Part shown: piece by piece, positions 38,647-53,249 of the stretch
How the letters are laid out: each line of letters opens with the position of its first letter
How positions within the stretch are numbered: the first letter of the stretch is position 1
From: Eledone cirrhosa
Lineage: Eukaryota
Assembly (NCBI GenBank): GCA_964016885.1
Contig: OZ024746.1
Location: 50,096,001-50,160,000, forward strand
Direction: 5' to 3'
Length of the DNA stretch: 64,000 nt
Notes under the pieces: generated by a model
What the model was told of the DNA's origin: nothing
The model's input: the letters and a program-made list of their open reading frames with translations, nothing else
The model's database searches: none
Translations under genes and position numbers: made by a program

Positions 38647-40689
38647 CTACATTTTAAATTTAAATTTATATTTAAACGTTGAGTTTAATCTATGTTTGCA
38701 ACAACTGAATAAATTTGTCCGTAGGTTAAGGGAATTTTTAGATTTTAGTATAAAGAATATCTCCTCTGCGCAGAGGTCACATGTCTCAGAGGATGAATTA
38801 AAAGGAATCCCTCTTGAGACTATATTCCAAGCCGTCGAATATCTAACGTTATCTAGCTTAAGTTGCCAGAGTACACCTGATAGTGCCGTTGAAGATTTTT
38901 TATTTGGATCTGTGAAAGAATTCTTGTGGTTATTATAGCGAAGTTTAAATTCCGTCGATGTGGAACCGACGTAGTTAAAAGAATTAGAGTCAGTATTAAC
39001 ATTACAATTGTATACTATATTTTTAACTAAGCAGTTGTTATTTAACGGACATTTAGATCTATCTCTACAGTTGCATTTGTTAACTTGTATATTATTTATG
39101 CTATTATCAGTAGTTTTTAAGTTCCTATTATTTATTCTATTAATATTTTGTGCTAAATTTTTGGTGGATGAATAGGTTAATTTAATTGTATGCCTATTGA
39201 AGATTGAGTGGTACCTATGTGTTCTAGGGAAGCGATTATCAAGAGCTTTGAAAAATAATTTAGCGATGTGGGTTTTAATGTTTAGTGAGAAAGGGGGGGC
39301 AAACCAAATTATGTTCCTAGTTCTATTTCTTTTTTGTCCTTTGGAATTATTGTAATGCTTTCTATTATAGTTGTTAATGTTGTTGCCATAATTAAAAAAG
39401 TTGTTACTTTGTTTAGTTTGTTTATCATTATCTATGTACACAATCTTATCAGCATACCCTGCCCTAGCTAGTGCATCATTATAGTATTGGGCCTTTTCGT
39501 CAAAAATCTTTCTATTCGACGAGATCCTAGAGATACGCTTTTGGACTGAGTTTACTATAGTGTTTTTGACAGATCTGGGGTGGTTAGAGTTAAAGTTGAC
39601 ATAGTTTAAGTTTTCATTCAACTTGTGAAAAGGATAGTGGAGACATGTGTTGAGATTTAATGTTATATCTAGGAAATTGACTATTCTATGGTTGTTCTCA
39701 ATTTCTATTTTAAGGTTAAAGTAATTAAAAAATTTTGTAATTTGTTTACATTTTCTATTTAGTTCAGGGTTATTATTATTAATGAGTAAAAGCATGTCAT
39801 CCCTATATAAACCTCCGGTAGTACCAGGTATTTTCCTATGTAGCGAATTGATTAAAAATAAGCCCACAAGGTCAGTTACTTGAGCTGAGTCGGAAGATCC
39901 CATAGTTATGTCAAAATTGCTATCTCTATCTGCTCTGGTCCATAATTTGTCATCAAATTCTATCAAAGTTTTCCTAGCCGATAATATAATATGCATTTCT
40001 TTGCTAGTTAGGTCCGTATGTTTGAATGCGTAATTTAGTGCCTTATTTAGTAGACTAGGGGTAATAGAAGAATAATAGTTAGCTATATCAAGTTGAATAA
40101 ACCTATTATTATTGTCATATTTAATTTGCCTAAACCACTCAACAACCTCTCCGGTTCCCTTCCACAAGCTCAGGTTAGATACATAATCCAAGTTCTTAAT
40201 TTGCAGTATCACCCTGTCAAGAATGTTTTTGCTTAATTTGCCCAGGTCCGATTTTGAAGGTGCGATTAATCTAACTGGCAGGTCAATCTCAAAATTCCTC
40301 TTGTGGTCCTTCATATTGATCTTCGGTTTCCTGGGCACAAAAGGTTGTGTTCTGTTCTCAATTTCCAACTCATGCATTATACAAGATGCTTCAACATTCA
40401 TTTTCACAAGTTCGGTCTTATCTGCTACCTTGTATTTTTTCCTCAGCTCTTTCAGTATGAGGCCATTATACATGTCTTTCTGCACTCCATAGAGGTTGTT
40501 GGTCTTGTCAGATTTCACCAAGATCTTCTCAGTTTTCTCTAAGCTCTCAATGTTATCCTTAATGCCTTTCAGATATTCCTGGCCTTTAAAGTTTCTCTTG
40601 AATTTGACCCCTTGTATGATAGAAATTATATCGTTTTCAAAGTCAGATAAAAGTTTGTTAGGGGGTGGATTTCTTTTAGATTTGAAAAC
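38647..40689 (-). pseudogene. PLE RT + GIY-YIG, left arm; lacks the native N-terminus
   Basis: Open from VFKSKRNPP through SDKT, MKDHK, FIQLDIANYY, GGLYRDDM, NIVYNC...YVGST and CDLC to the stop. Confidence 0.9.
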
Positions 40690-40692
40690 TTT

Positions 40693-42735
40693 GTTTTCAA
40701 ATCTAAAAGAAATCCACCCCCTAACAAACTTTAATCTGACTTTGAAAACGATATAATTTCTATCATACAAGGGGTCAAATTCAAGAGAAACTTTAAAGGC
40801 CAGGAATATCTGAAAGGCATTAAGGATAACATTGAGAGCTTAGAGAAAACTGAGAAGATCTTGGTGAAATCTGACAAGACCAACAACCTCTATGGAGTGC
40901 AGAAAGACATGTATAATGGCCTCATACTGAAAGAGCTGAGGAAAAAATACAAGGTAGCAGATAAGACCGAACTTGTGAAAATGAATGTTGAAGCATCTTG
41001 TATAATGCATGAGTTGGAAATTGAGAACAGAACACAACCTTTTGTGCCCAGGAAACCGAAGATCAATATGAAGGACCACAAGAGGAATTTTGAGATTGAC
41101 CTGCCAGTTAGATTAATCGCACCTTCAAAATCGGACCTGGGCAAATTAAGCAAAAACATTCTTGACAGGGTGATACTGCAAATTAAGAACTTGGATTATG
41201 TATCTAACCTGAGCTTGTGGAAGGGAACCGGAGAGGTTGTTGAGTGGTTTAGGCAAATTAAATATGACAATAATAATAGGTTTATTCAACTTGATATAGC
41301 TAACTATTATTCTTCTATTACCCCTAGTCTACTAAATAAGGCACTAAATTACGCATTCAAACATACGGACCTAACTAGCAAAGAAATGCATATTATATTA
41401 TCGGCTAGGAAAACTTTGATAGAATTTGATGACAAATTATGGACCAGAGCAGATAGAGATAGCAATTTTGACATAACTATGGGATCTTCCGACTCAGCTC
41501 AAGTAACTGACCTTGTGGGCTTATTTTTAATCAATTCGCTACATAGGAAAATACCTGGTACTACCGGAGGTTTATATAGGGATGACATGCTTTTACTCAT
41601 TAATAATAATAACCCTGAACTAAATAGAAAATGTAAACAAATTACAAAATTTTTTAATTACTTTAACCTTAAAATAGAAATTGAGAACAACCATAGAATA
41701 GTCAATTTCCTAGATATAACATTAAATCTCAACACATGTCTCCACTATCCTTTTCACAAGTTGAATGAAAACTTAAACTATGTCAACTTTAACTCTAACC
41801 ACCCCAGATCTGTCAAAAACACTATAGTAAACTCAGTCCAAAAGCGTATCTCTAGGATCTCGTCGAATAGAAAGATTTTTGACGAAAAGGCCCAATACTA
41901 TAATGATGCACTAGCTAGGGCAGGGTATGCTGATAAGATTGTGTACATAGATAATGATAAACAAACTAAACAAAGTAACAACTTTTTTAATTATGGCAAC
42001 AACATTAACAACTATAATAGAAAGCATTACAATAATTCCAAAGGACAAAAAAGAAATAGAACTAGGAACATAATTTGGTTTGCCCCCCCTTTCTCACTAA
42101 ACATTAAAACCCACATCGCTAAATTATTTTTCAAAGCTCTTGATAATCGCTTCCCTAGAACACATAGGTACCACTCAATCTTCAATAGGCATACAATTAA
42201 ATTAACCTATTCATCCACCAAAAATTTAGCACAAAATATTAATAGAATAAATAATAGGAACTTAAAAACTACTGATAATAGCATAAATAATATACAAGTT
42301 AACAAATGCAACTGTAGAGATAGATCTAAATGTCCGTTAAATAACAACTGCTTAGTTAAAAATATAGTATACAATTGTAATGTTAATACTGACTCTAATT
42401 CTTTTAACTACGTCGGTTCCACATCGACGGAATTTAAACTTCGCTATAATAACCACAAGAATTCTTTCACAGATCCAAATAAAAAATCTTCAACGGCACT
42501 ATCAGGTGTACTCTGGCAACTTAAGCTAGATAACGTTAGATATTCGACGGCTTGGAATATAGTCTCAAGAGGGATTCCTTTTAATTCATCCTCTGAGACA
42601 TGTGACCTCTGCGCAGAGGAGATATTCTTTATACTAAAATCTAAAAATTCCCTTAACCTACGGACAAATTTATTCAGTTGTTGCAAACATAGATTAAACT
42701 CAACGTTTAAATATAAATTTAAATTTAAAATGTAG
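40693..42735 (+). pseudogene. PLE RT + GIY-YIG, right arm; lacks the native N-terminus
   Basis: Same protein as the left arm. One substitution gives TAA (NKL*SD vs NKLLSD) at ~40732-40734. Confidence 0.9.
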
Positions 42736-43839
42736 TATATTTAGTTTGATTTATATTTATATGAGAACTAGCCGATAAATCTTTTGATTCCTAAATCTTT
42801 GATTCCCTCTTTTTACTGTTTATTTTATTGTATTTATTTTTATTTTTATTTTTTATTTTTATTTTTATCTAAACATTCCTCATGAAAAATTAAGCTACCC
42901 TAAAAGCCGATGCTCCAAATTTTATGAATTAACCTTACACTTGATAAACTTATATATTAAATATAGGAACATATGTAGACATTATTGGACATCATAACCT
43001 TTTTTTTTTTTTGCGATATTCCTTGCTAGATGTGATTTGATAGATAATTTTTGGCTTTGTCTTGTAGTGAACTTGGCAATATATTGTCAATTAACCTTGA
43101 AGGGTTGTTCTTTGTGGTTTATTTTTTATTTTTATTTTTATTTTTATTTTTATTTTTATTTTTATTTTTATTTTTATTTTTATTCTTTTAGTATTGTAGT
43201 ATTCTATAATATTTTTATATTTTTATTTTTTATTTTTTATTTTATTTTATTTTTATTTTTAATATTTTTATATGTAAAGTTTTAATACGTAATAATTTTA
43301 AAACATAGTATTTTTAATATGCAATATTTTTATTATGTAATATTCTTTCGTAATATTCTTTTTTAGTTTTCTATTCTATATTTTTATATTTTTATATATT
43401 TTTACTTATTATCATTATTATTGTTATCTCTGCTTATAATATAATATATATTTTCGATTAGTATATTGAAATCTGCTCTCTATTTCTGCTTGATAGATAA
43501 TCTTGTAGAGTAATCGCAAGAATAATAATACGCTCAAATGTTTATACCACATTGAGAATGTTTTCCGGTAACTTTGAATTTGCGGAGTGAATCAGTTGGA
43601 TTCACATAGACATATGAATTTTTTAAAAAACTAAACATAAGATAATGAATTTTCACGCATTGTGAATACTTGTTTCATTCAGGAATACTGATATTTACAA
43701 TATAGTGTAAGTTTTATAAATACTAATACATTAAAACATAGGGTTTTCTACGCCTCGAATATGTCTGGCTATTTTTAAATTTTTCTCTCTCTATATCTCT
43801 CTATATCTCTCTATATCTCCCTTACATTAATACTTGAGC

Positions 43840-43874
<35 letters not shown>

Positions 43875-44239
43875 ATGCATCATTGATACACTTACTCAAA
43901 ATGACCTCCCACTACCTAATTTTTCTATATCTATATTTATATATGTATCTATCTCTATTTCCTCTCTCTATATATATATATATATCTCTTTCGGTCTCTT
44001 TACATGAAGCTCTTCGCTTTATCTATTTTTCCATCTCTCTATTTTGTCCCATGCATTTCTTCTTTTTCTTCTTTTTCTTCCTTTTCTTCGTTTCGTCTTT
44101 CTTTCTTTCTTATTTCCCTCTTTTCTCTCTCTCTTTCTTTCTCTCTGTATTTTCACTGCTAGAGTGAACCTCTTCAAATGAAGTTGATGTTTATTACGGT
44201 ATGTCGAATATATTTATCTATAAAACTGTTTATATTGTA

Positions 44240-44301
44240 TTTTGTCTGATGAAGGCATAGCATATTGTTAATATGATATCCCCGAAATATATATAATGAA
44301 A
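44240..44301 (+). ncRNA. Type-I hammerhead ribozyme
   Basis: TTTTGT-CTGATGA-AGGCATAGCATATT-GTT-AATATGATATCCCC-GAA-ATATATAT-A-ATGAAA. Palindromic stem III; AATAAA follows. Confidence 0.75.
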
Positions 44302-44353
44302 TAAATATGGTTTTATAAATATAGTTTTCCATTTATTTAATATTGTATTTAAT

Positions 44354-44429
<76 letters not shown>

Positions 44430-44607
44430 AAATACGTTCCTTCACGCACAAGGCGCCAAGGTACGCATGTATTGTCCAACCAAATGCCAGTGTGGTTCAA
44501 TGGCGGGTTAATAAATTAACGAGCCAGAACAAATATAAACAAGGTTTAGTAAATAATGAAAAAGTTTCAAAATAAATTTTAAAAAATTGACTTTACCTAC
44601 TATGGTT

Positions 44608-44691
44608 ACCTTTACCGATCGGTTTCGAATCCCAAAAATAAAACGGAGACCATACGGCCTTCGTTGCAAAGAAAGATTCTCGTCAGAAGGT
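44608..44691 (-). ncRNA. Type-I hammerhead ribozyme with a long stem II
   Basis: Minus strand: ACCTT-CTGACGA-GAATC...GATTC-GAA-ACCGATCGGT-A-AAGGT. Canonical core and GUA site. Confidence 0.85.
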
Positions 44692-45090
44692 TCTTTTCAT
44701 TCAAAGAATATAAAATTCCTGAATTTAAATCACAAACTAGCGCTATCAAAAACTGTTCCTGGGATGAGAGTGGATGATGTAGAACAGGTTTATCAAGGGC
44801 CGTAGCAAAGATAGAGGCAAAAGGAGGTAGGTCAAACTAGCCACAGCTATTGCTAGCAGCAGTCGGAACGACCAAATTTGTTCTCAACGTTAGTGGAGGT
44901 AGTAGTAATAGGAAATACGTTCCTTCACGCACAAGGCGCCAAGGTACGCATGTATTGTCCAACCAAATGCCAGTGTGGTTCAATGGCGGGTTAATAAATT
45001 AACGAGCCAGAACAAATATAAACAAGGTTTAGTAAATAATGAAAAAGTTTCAAAATAAATTTTAAAAAATTGACTTTACCTACTATGGTT

Positions 45091-45174
45091 ACCTTTACCG
45101 ATCGGTTTCGAATCCCAAAAATAAAACGGAGACCGTACGGCCTTCGTTGCAAAGAAAGATTCTCGTCAGAAGGT
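45091..45174 (-). ncRNA. Hammerhead ribozyme, second unit
   Basis: Same motif 483 nt away. Confidence 0.85.
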
Positions 45175-45734
45175 TCTTTTCATTCAAAGAATATAAAATT
45201 CCTGAATTTAAATCACAAACTAGCGCTATCAAAAACTGTTCCTGGGATGAGAGTGGATGATGTAGAACAGGTTTATCAAGGGCCGTAGCAAAGATAGAGG
45301 CAAAAGGGGGTAGGTCAAACTAGCCACAGCTATTGCTAGCAGCAGTCGGAACGACCAAATTTGTTCTCAACGTTAGTGGAGGTAGTAGTAATAGGAAATA
45401 CGTTCCTTCACGCACAAGGCGCCAAGGTACGCATGTATTGTCCAACCAAATGCCAGTGTGGTTCAATGGCGGGTTAATAAATTAACGAGCCAGAACAAAT
45501 ATAAACAAGGTTTAGTAAATAATGAAAAAGTTTCAAAATTGTGAACAAATTTGGTCGTTCCGACTGCTGCTAGCAATAGCTGTGGCTAGTTTGACCTACC
45601 TCCTTTTGCCTCTATCTTTGCTACGGCCCTTGATAAACCTGTTCTACATCATCCACTCTCATCACAGGAACAGTTTTTGATAGCGCTAGTTTGTGATTTA
45701 AATTTAGGAATTTTATATTCTTTGAATGAAAAGA

Positions 45735-45818
45735 ACCTTCTGACGAGAATCTTTCTTTGCAACGAAGGCCGTATGGTCTCCGTTTTATTTTTGGGATTCG
45801 AAACCGATCAGTAAAGGT
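45735..45818 (+). ncRNA. Hammerhead ribozyme, inverted copy
   Basis: ACCTT-CTGACGA-GAATC...GATTC-GAAACCGATCAGTA-AAGGT, with one stem III substitution. Confidence 0.8.
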
Positions 45819-45885
45819 AACCATAGTAGGTAAAGTCAATTTTTTAAAATTTATTTTGAAACTTTTTCATTATTTACTAAACCTT

Positions 45886-45973
<88 letters not shown>

Positions 45974-46524
45974 ATATATGTATATATATATATCTGTACA
46001 TATATACACATCTTACTGTATATGAGTATATATCCTTATATGTTCAATTAAATGTATATAATTACGCATTATGTATATAAAATATGTTCGCTTACATAAC
46101 TGCACGCAGAAGCACACATACGCATACACAATGCATACAGCCGCATTCAGTAATATGTAAACGTATAGACTCACCTATAGATGCATACTAATGCATACAT
46201 ACACACATATACGTATATAATACATACATATACGTATATAATTTTCTAATTTATTTAAATAATATTCTACTTAAGAATAATTCTGGTGGCTTTTTTCCCG
46301 TCAACTCGTCTTCAATTCTACTTTTTCATTTTTCACTATATTATTTGTATATTATTTTTCAAATTTGTTTTGAAAATTATGTTTTGGCAAAAATTATTTG
46401 CCTTTCCTTTGTCTTAATCAGATAATTTTCAAATGCGTTTTTGTTTTCTATTGAAGTTTAGTTTAGGCCTCGGGTCTTAGCACATATTAGTAAGAATATA
46501 TTTTGATAGGTTGAGATATTGAGG

Positions 46525-46630
46525 TAGACAGAAAGACAGATAGATAGATAGATAGATAGATAGACAGAAAGACAGATAGATAGATAGATAGATAGATGCA
46601 CACGTACACAGACATACACACAAATGTTAG

Positions 46631-46719
<89 letters not shown>

Positions 46720-47397
46720 ACACACATACACACACACACTCAAACTCGCGAACATACACATGTTCACACATATATATTGATTGATAGCCGAAATAGGAAA
46801 GAAAAAATGTGTACGTATGTAAGTATGTATATATGAGCGTATATATATATACGTGTCTGCATATATGTATGTATATATGTATGTATGTATGTAGTACTAA
46901 TGTATGTATGTAAGTATGTATGTATGTATGTATGTATGTATGTATGTATGTATGTATGTATGTATGTATGCATGTATGTATTATGCCTGTTTGCATATAT
47001 GTATGTATATATATGTATGTATGTATGTACGTACGTATGTATGTATCGATGTATGTACATACGTATGTATGTATGTATGTATATGTATGTATGTACGTAT
47101 GTACGTACATATGTACGTATGTATGTATGCATGTACATACATATATATCTATGTATGTATGTATGCAAGTATGTATGCAAGTAGGTATGTATGTACATTC
47201 ATATGCATGTATGTATGTATGTACATACATATATATCTATGTATGTATGTATGTATGTATGTATGTATGTATGTATGTATGTATGCATGCAAGTGTGTAT
47301 GCAAGTGTGTATGTATGTATGTATGTATGTATGTATGTATGTATGTATGTATGTATGTATGTATGTATGTATGTATGTATGCAAGTATGTATGTATG
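46525..47397. repeat. (GATA)n, (CA)n and (TATG)n microsatellites
   Basis: Directly visible. Confidence 0.95.
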
Positions 47398-47755
47398 GCT
47401 ATTGAAAGAGATCACAGCAAAGAGTGATAAAAGAAAGATATATATGTTCATAAATACATGAATCTCTCGGTTATCCAAATAAGTAAATAGATTTATAAAC
47501 AAATACGAATCCATATATAAAGCAATAGAGATACAGGAAGAAAGAAAAGGAATGAAAAGACAATAGAAGTGTTAGGGAAATTAAGAAGTCCACCATGTAA
47601 AGTGGTAGAGTGATAGCAATAAACAAGTATTATTACACTGAAGGTTAAGCCTGCAGAATAATATAATATGACTCATATATATATATATATATATATATGA
47701 ACGGAAAAAATGAAACAAAATTTAATTTTTCACTCTTAGTACGGCTGTTACTTAA

Positions 47756-48203
47756 ATATAAGTATTATACGTACATACATATATGTATACAGACGTACAG
47801 TAGTATGTATATATATATACATACATGCACACATATATATATGTACGTATGGATTTACCGAACATTTATTATAATGCTCGGTGTGTTTGTAAGCAAACAT
47901 CCCGAATTAAGCCGTACAGTGTTTAGCAACCATCTTTGCTCTTTTGTTCAACACTGACAAAGGAACGATGTACTAGTTTCAAGCTTATATATTCCTTTGT
48001 CAGTGTTGAACAAAAGAACAACGATGGTTGCTAAACACTGTACGGCTTAATTCGGGATGTTTGTTTACAAACACACCGAGCATTATAATAAATGTTCGGT
48101 AAATCCATACATACATATATGTGGGCATGTATGTATTTATATATATATACATACTACTGTACGTCTGTATACATATATGTATGTACGTATACATACTTAT
48201 ATA
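47756..48203. repeat. ~210-bp imperfect inverted repeat with a 26-nt spacer
   Basis: Arms 47756-47965 and 47992-48203; set in TA-rich flanks. Confidence 0.85.
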
Positions 48204-48248
48204 TATATATATACTATTTTGGTGCAATATACTAAATTACTAGCAAGG

Positions 48249-51195
<2,947 letters not shown>

Positions 51196-51366
51196 ATATA
51201 TATATATATATATATAAGGGTTAAAATACTGGAGTGTGTTGGAGTTAAACACCCTCTTCGTATTATAGAAATGACAGTAAACGGTATAGCTCAATGGAGT
51301 TAAACAGAGCCGAAAAATTAAGAGAGTAAAACAAAGAAGCCTTCAATACATCAAAAGTCTTTATTA

Positions 51367-51404
51367 GCCGACAATGTTTCGTCCTATTAAGGACTCATCA
51401 GGGC
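51367..51404 (-). ncRNA. Minimal hammerhead ribozyme
   Basis: Reverse complement of 51536-51573. Confidence 0.85.
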
Positions 51405-51535
51405 AATTAAAACAACAAGAAGTAATATCGGCAGATACAAGCCGGAAGCTCCGAAGAATATGGAGTGTACATACACTGAAGTATTACAAAAATATATTAT
51501 AAAAATATACGATATTACTTCTTGTTGTTTTAATT

Positions 51536-51573
51536 GCCCTGATGAGTCCTTAATAGGACGAAACATTGTCGGC
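51536..51573 (+). ncRNA. Minimal hammerhead ribozyme
   Basis: GCC-CTGATGA-GTCCT-TAAT-AGGAC-GAA-AC-ATT-GTC-GGC, then TAATAAA. Canonical core and GUC site. Confidence 0.9.
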
Positions 51574-51836
51574 TAATAAAGACTTTTGATGTATTGAAGG
51601 CTTCTTTGTTTTACTCTCTTAATATATATATATATATATGTAGATAAATCTACCAAAAGTTTACGGTAGTGTCCAATCCGTATGAAGAACTGAATGTAAT
51701 CCGGATATCATGAAAAGAAGAGATGCATTCAAAAATCACTTTCGGTGAAAGATAAACGGAAAACAGAGTCAAGATAAATTATTAAAAAAATAATGAATAA
51801 ACAAAGAAACAGTTCCTTATATTAAACAAAAAAAGT

Positions 51837-51977
51837 TCATTATTTTACGATCGTTTCTAGGACATATATGTGTTAGAATTGGTATGCATATTCAAAAGAT
51901 CTATGTACAAAATTATACAAACTATCAGAGAGAATATACATACCTTCACATATATATGCTGTCTTCAGAAATAATGA
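51837..51977 (-). ncRNA. Hammerhead ribozyme with a ~104-nt stem II domain
   Basis: Minus strand: TCATTATTT-CTGAAGA-[CAGCATATATATGTG...CACATATATGTCCTA]-GAA-ACGATCGT-A-AAATAATGA. 9-bp stem I and palindromic stem III. Confidence 0.7.
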
Positions 51978-52236
51978 TGCTTGTTTATTGATAATAACAA
52001 CAATTCAAAATAATAGGTCTGTTTGGGAACAGATTTTGAATAGACCAATGAAGTAAGGATTGAGATACATAAAAATTTATCAAGAAAATACAGTTAGGTG
52101 TGTGTATATGTATGTAAATACGCTCACAGATGTGCATAAAAGTGTATGCTCATATGTATACGTATATTGAAAAAGTGGTGTATGTAAATATAAAAATTTA
52201 GGGCTAATGTATCTGTATGTCTATAATCAACAGACA

Positions 52237-52308
<72 letters not shown>

Positions 52309-52785
52309 TATTATTATTATAAATATATGGATATTGAGGCGCTCACATAAACAGGCCCATACACACTTACATTTAGATGCGGAAGTAAAAGAGGTAAGGG
52401 AGTATAGTAATTAAAGGGAAGTGTCAATCTCGACATACTTATAAAAATGTATCAATAAAATTAGAAATAAAAAAAAATTTTTATAGAAGGAAAAAACTCA
52501 AAAAAAGGAAACAAAAGAAGACAAAAAGGGGGGAGTACGTACATACACAGACACGCATGTCTCACAAAAGAAATATAAAAATAACATAAAAGAGAGACAT
52601 AAAATATACATGCTTATATACATACGCACATTTACACATCCATACGTTCGATACATACATACGTACACACACACACATACACATACTTACACTCACGCAT
52701 ATTGACCTGTTTGTATGCACACACATAAAATTAAGTAAAACATATACCCATACATATAAATATACACCTATATATATATATACAC

Positions 52786-52822
<37 letters not shown>

Positions 52823-52993
52823 CACACATACCCATCTATATATACACACAACCACACACACACACACACTCAGACATACATATATATAGAGACATACACA
52901 CACATATATATACACACAGTCAGACACATATACACATATATACACATACATACACACATCTCTACACATACATATACATACACATACATACAT

Positions 52994-53068
<75 letters not shown>

Positions 53069-53249
53069 TACATATACATGCGCACATATGTATGTTTATA
53101 CTCACATACAAACACACAAACATACATACACGTTTACATACACATACACACATCCACGCTTACAAATACATATAATTATTGGGGGGGGATTAAAATTATT
53201 AGTGGGAAATAGTAAATATATAGGTTTCAAGGAACATAGAATACTAATC

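Larger units (their letters stand above)
37020..44347. mobile_element. Giant inverted duplication of a 5'-truncated Naiad-like PLE
   Basis: Arms 37020-40689 and 40693-44347 are reverse complements around the loop TTT (40690-40692). The ORF track is mirrored. Confidence 0.95.
44428..45890 (-). mobile_element. Non-coding HHR-bearing tandem element (retrozyme-like), 483-bp unit
   Basis: Units start at 44428, 44911 and 45394 (the third is partial, to 45539). Inverted segment 45540-45890. (TA)n on both sides. Confidence 0.85.
51216..51623 (-). mobile_element. Short PLE pLTR remnant with an inverted copy (114-bp arms)
   Basis: Arms 51317-51430 and 51510-51623; (TA)n on both flanks. Confidence 0.8.

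Noticed and set aside
40690-40770. N-terminus MYDRNYIVFK... of the 707-aa ORF
   Set aside because: It is antisense read-through of the opposite palindrome arm, not the native start.
33268-44347. Selenoprotein-type Naiad (UGA recoding/SECIS)
   Set aside because: No in-frame TGA in these ORFs. The ATGA...AAA...GA at ~42882 has too short a 3' arm for a SECIS.
44587-44805. 72-aa ORF repeated three times
   Set aside because: TTG start, antisense to the ribozyme and no recognisable motif; conserved only because the units are near-identical.
46458-47514. YVCM/HTYI ORFs (likewise at 7392-7958 and 52562-53153)
   Set aside because: Di- and tetranucleotide microsatellite translations.
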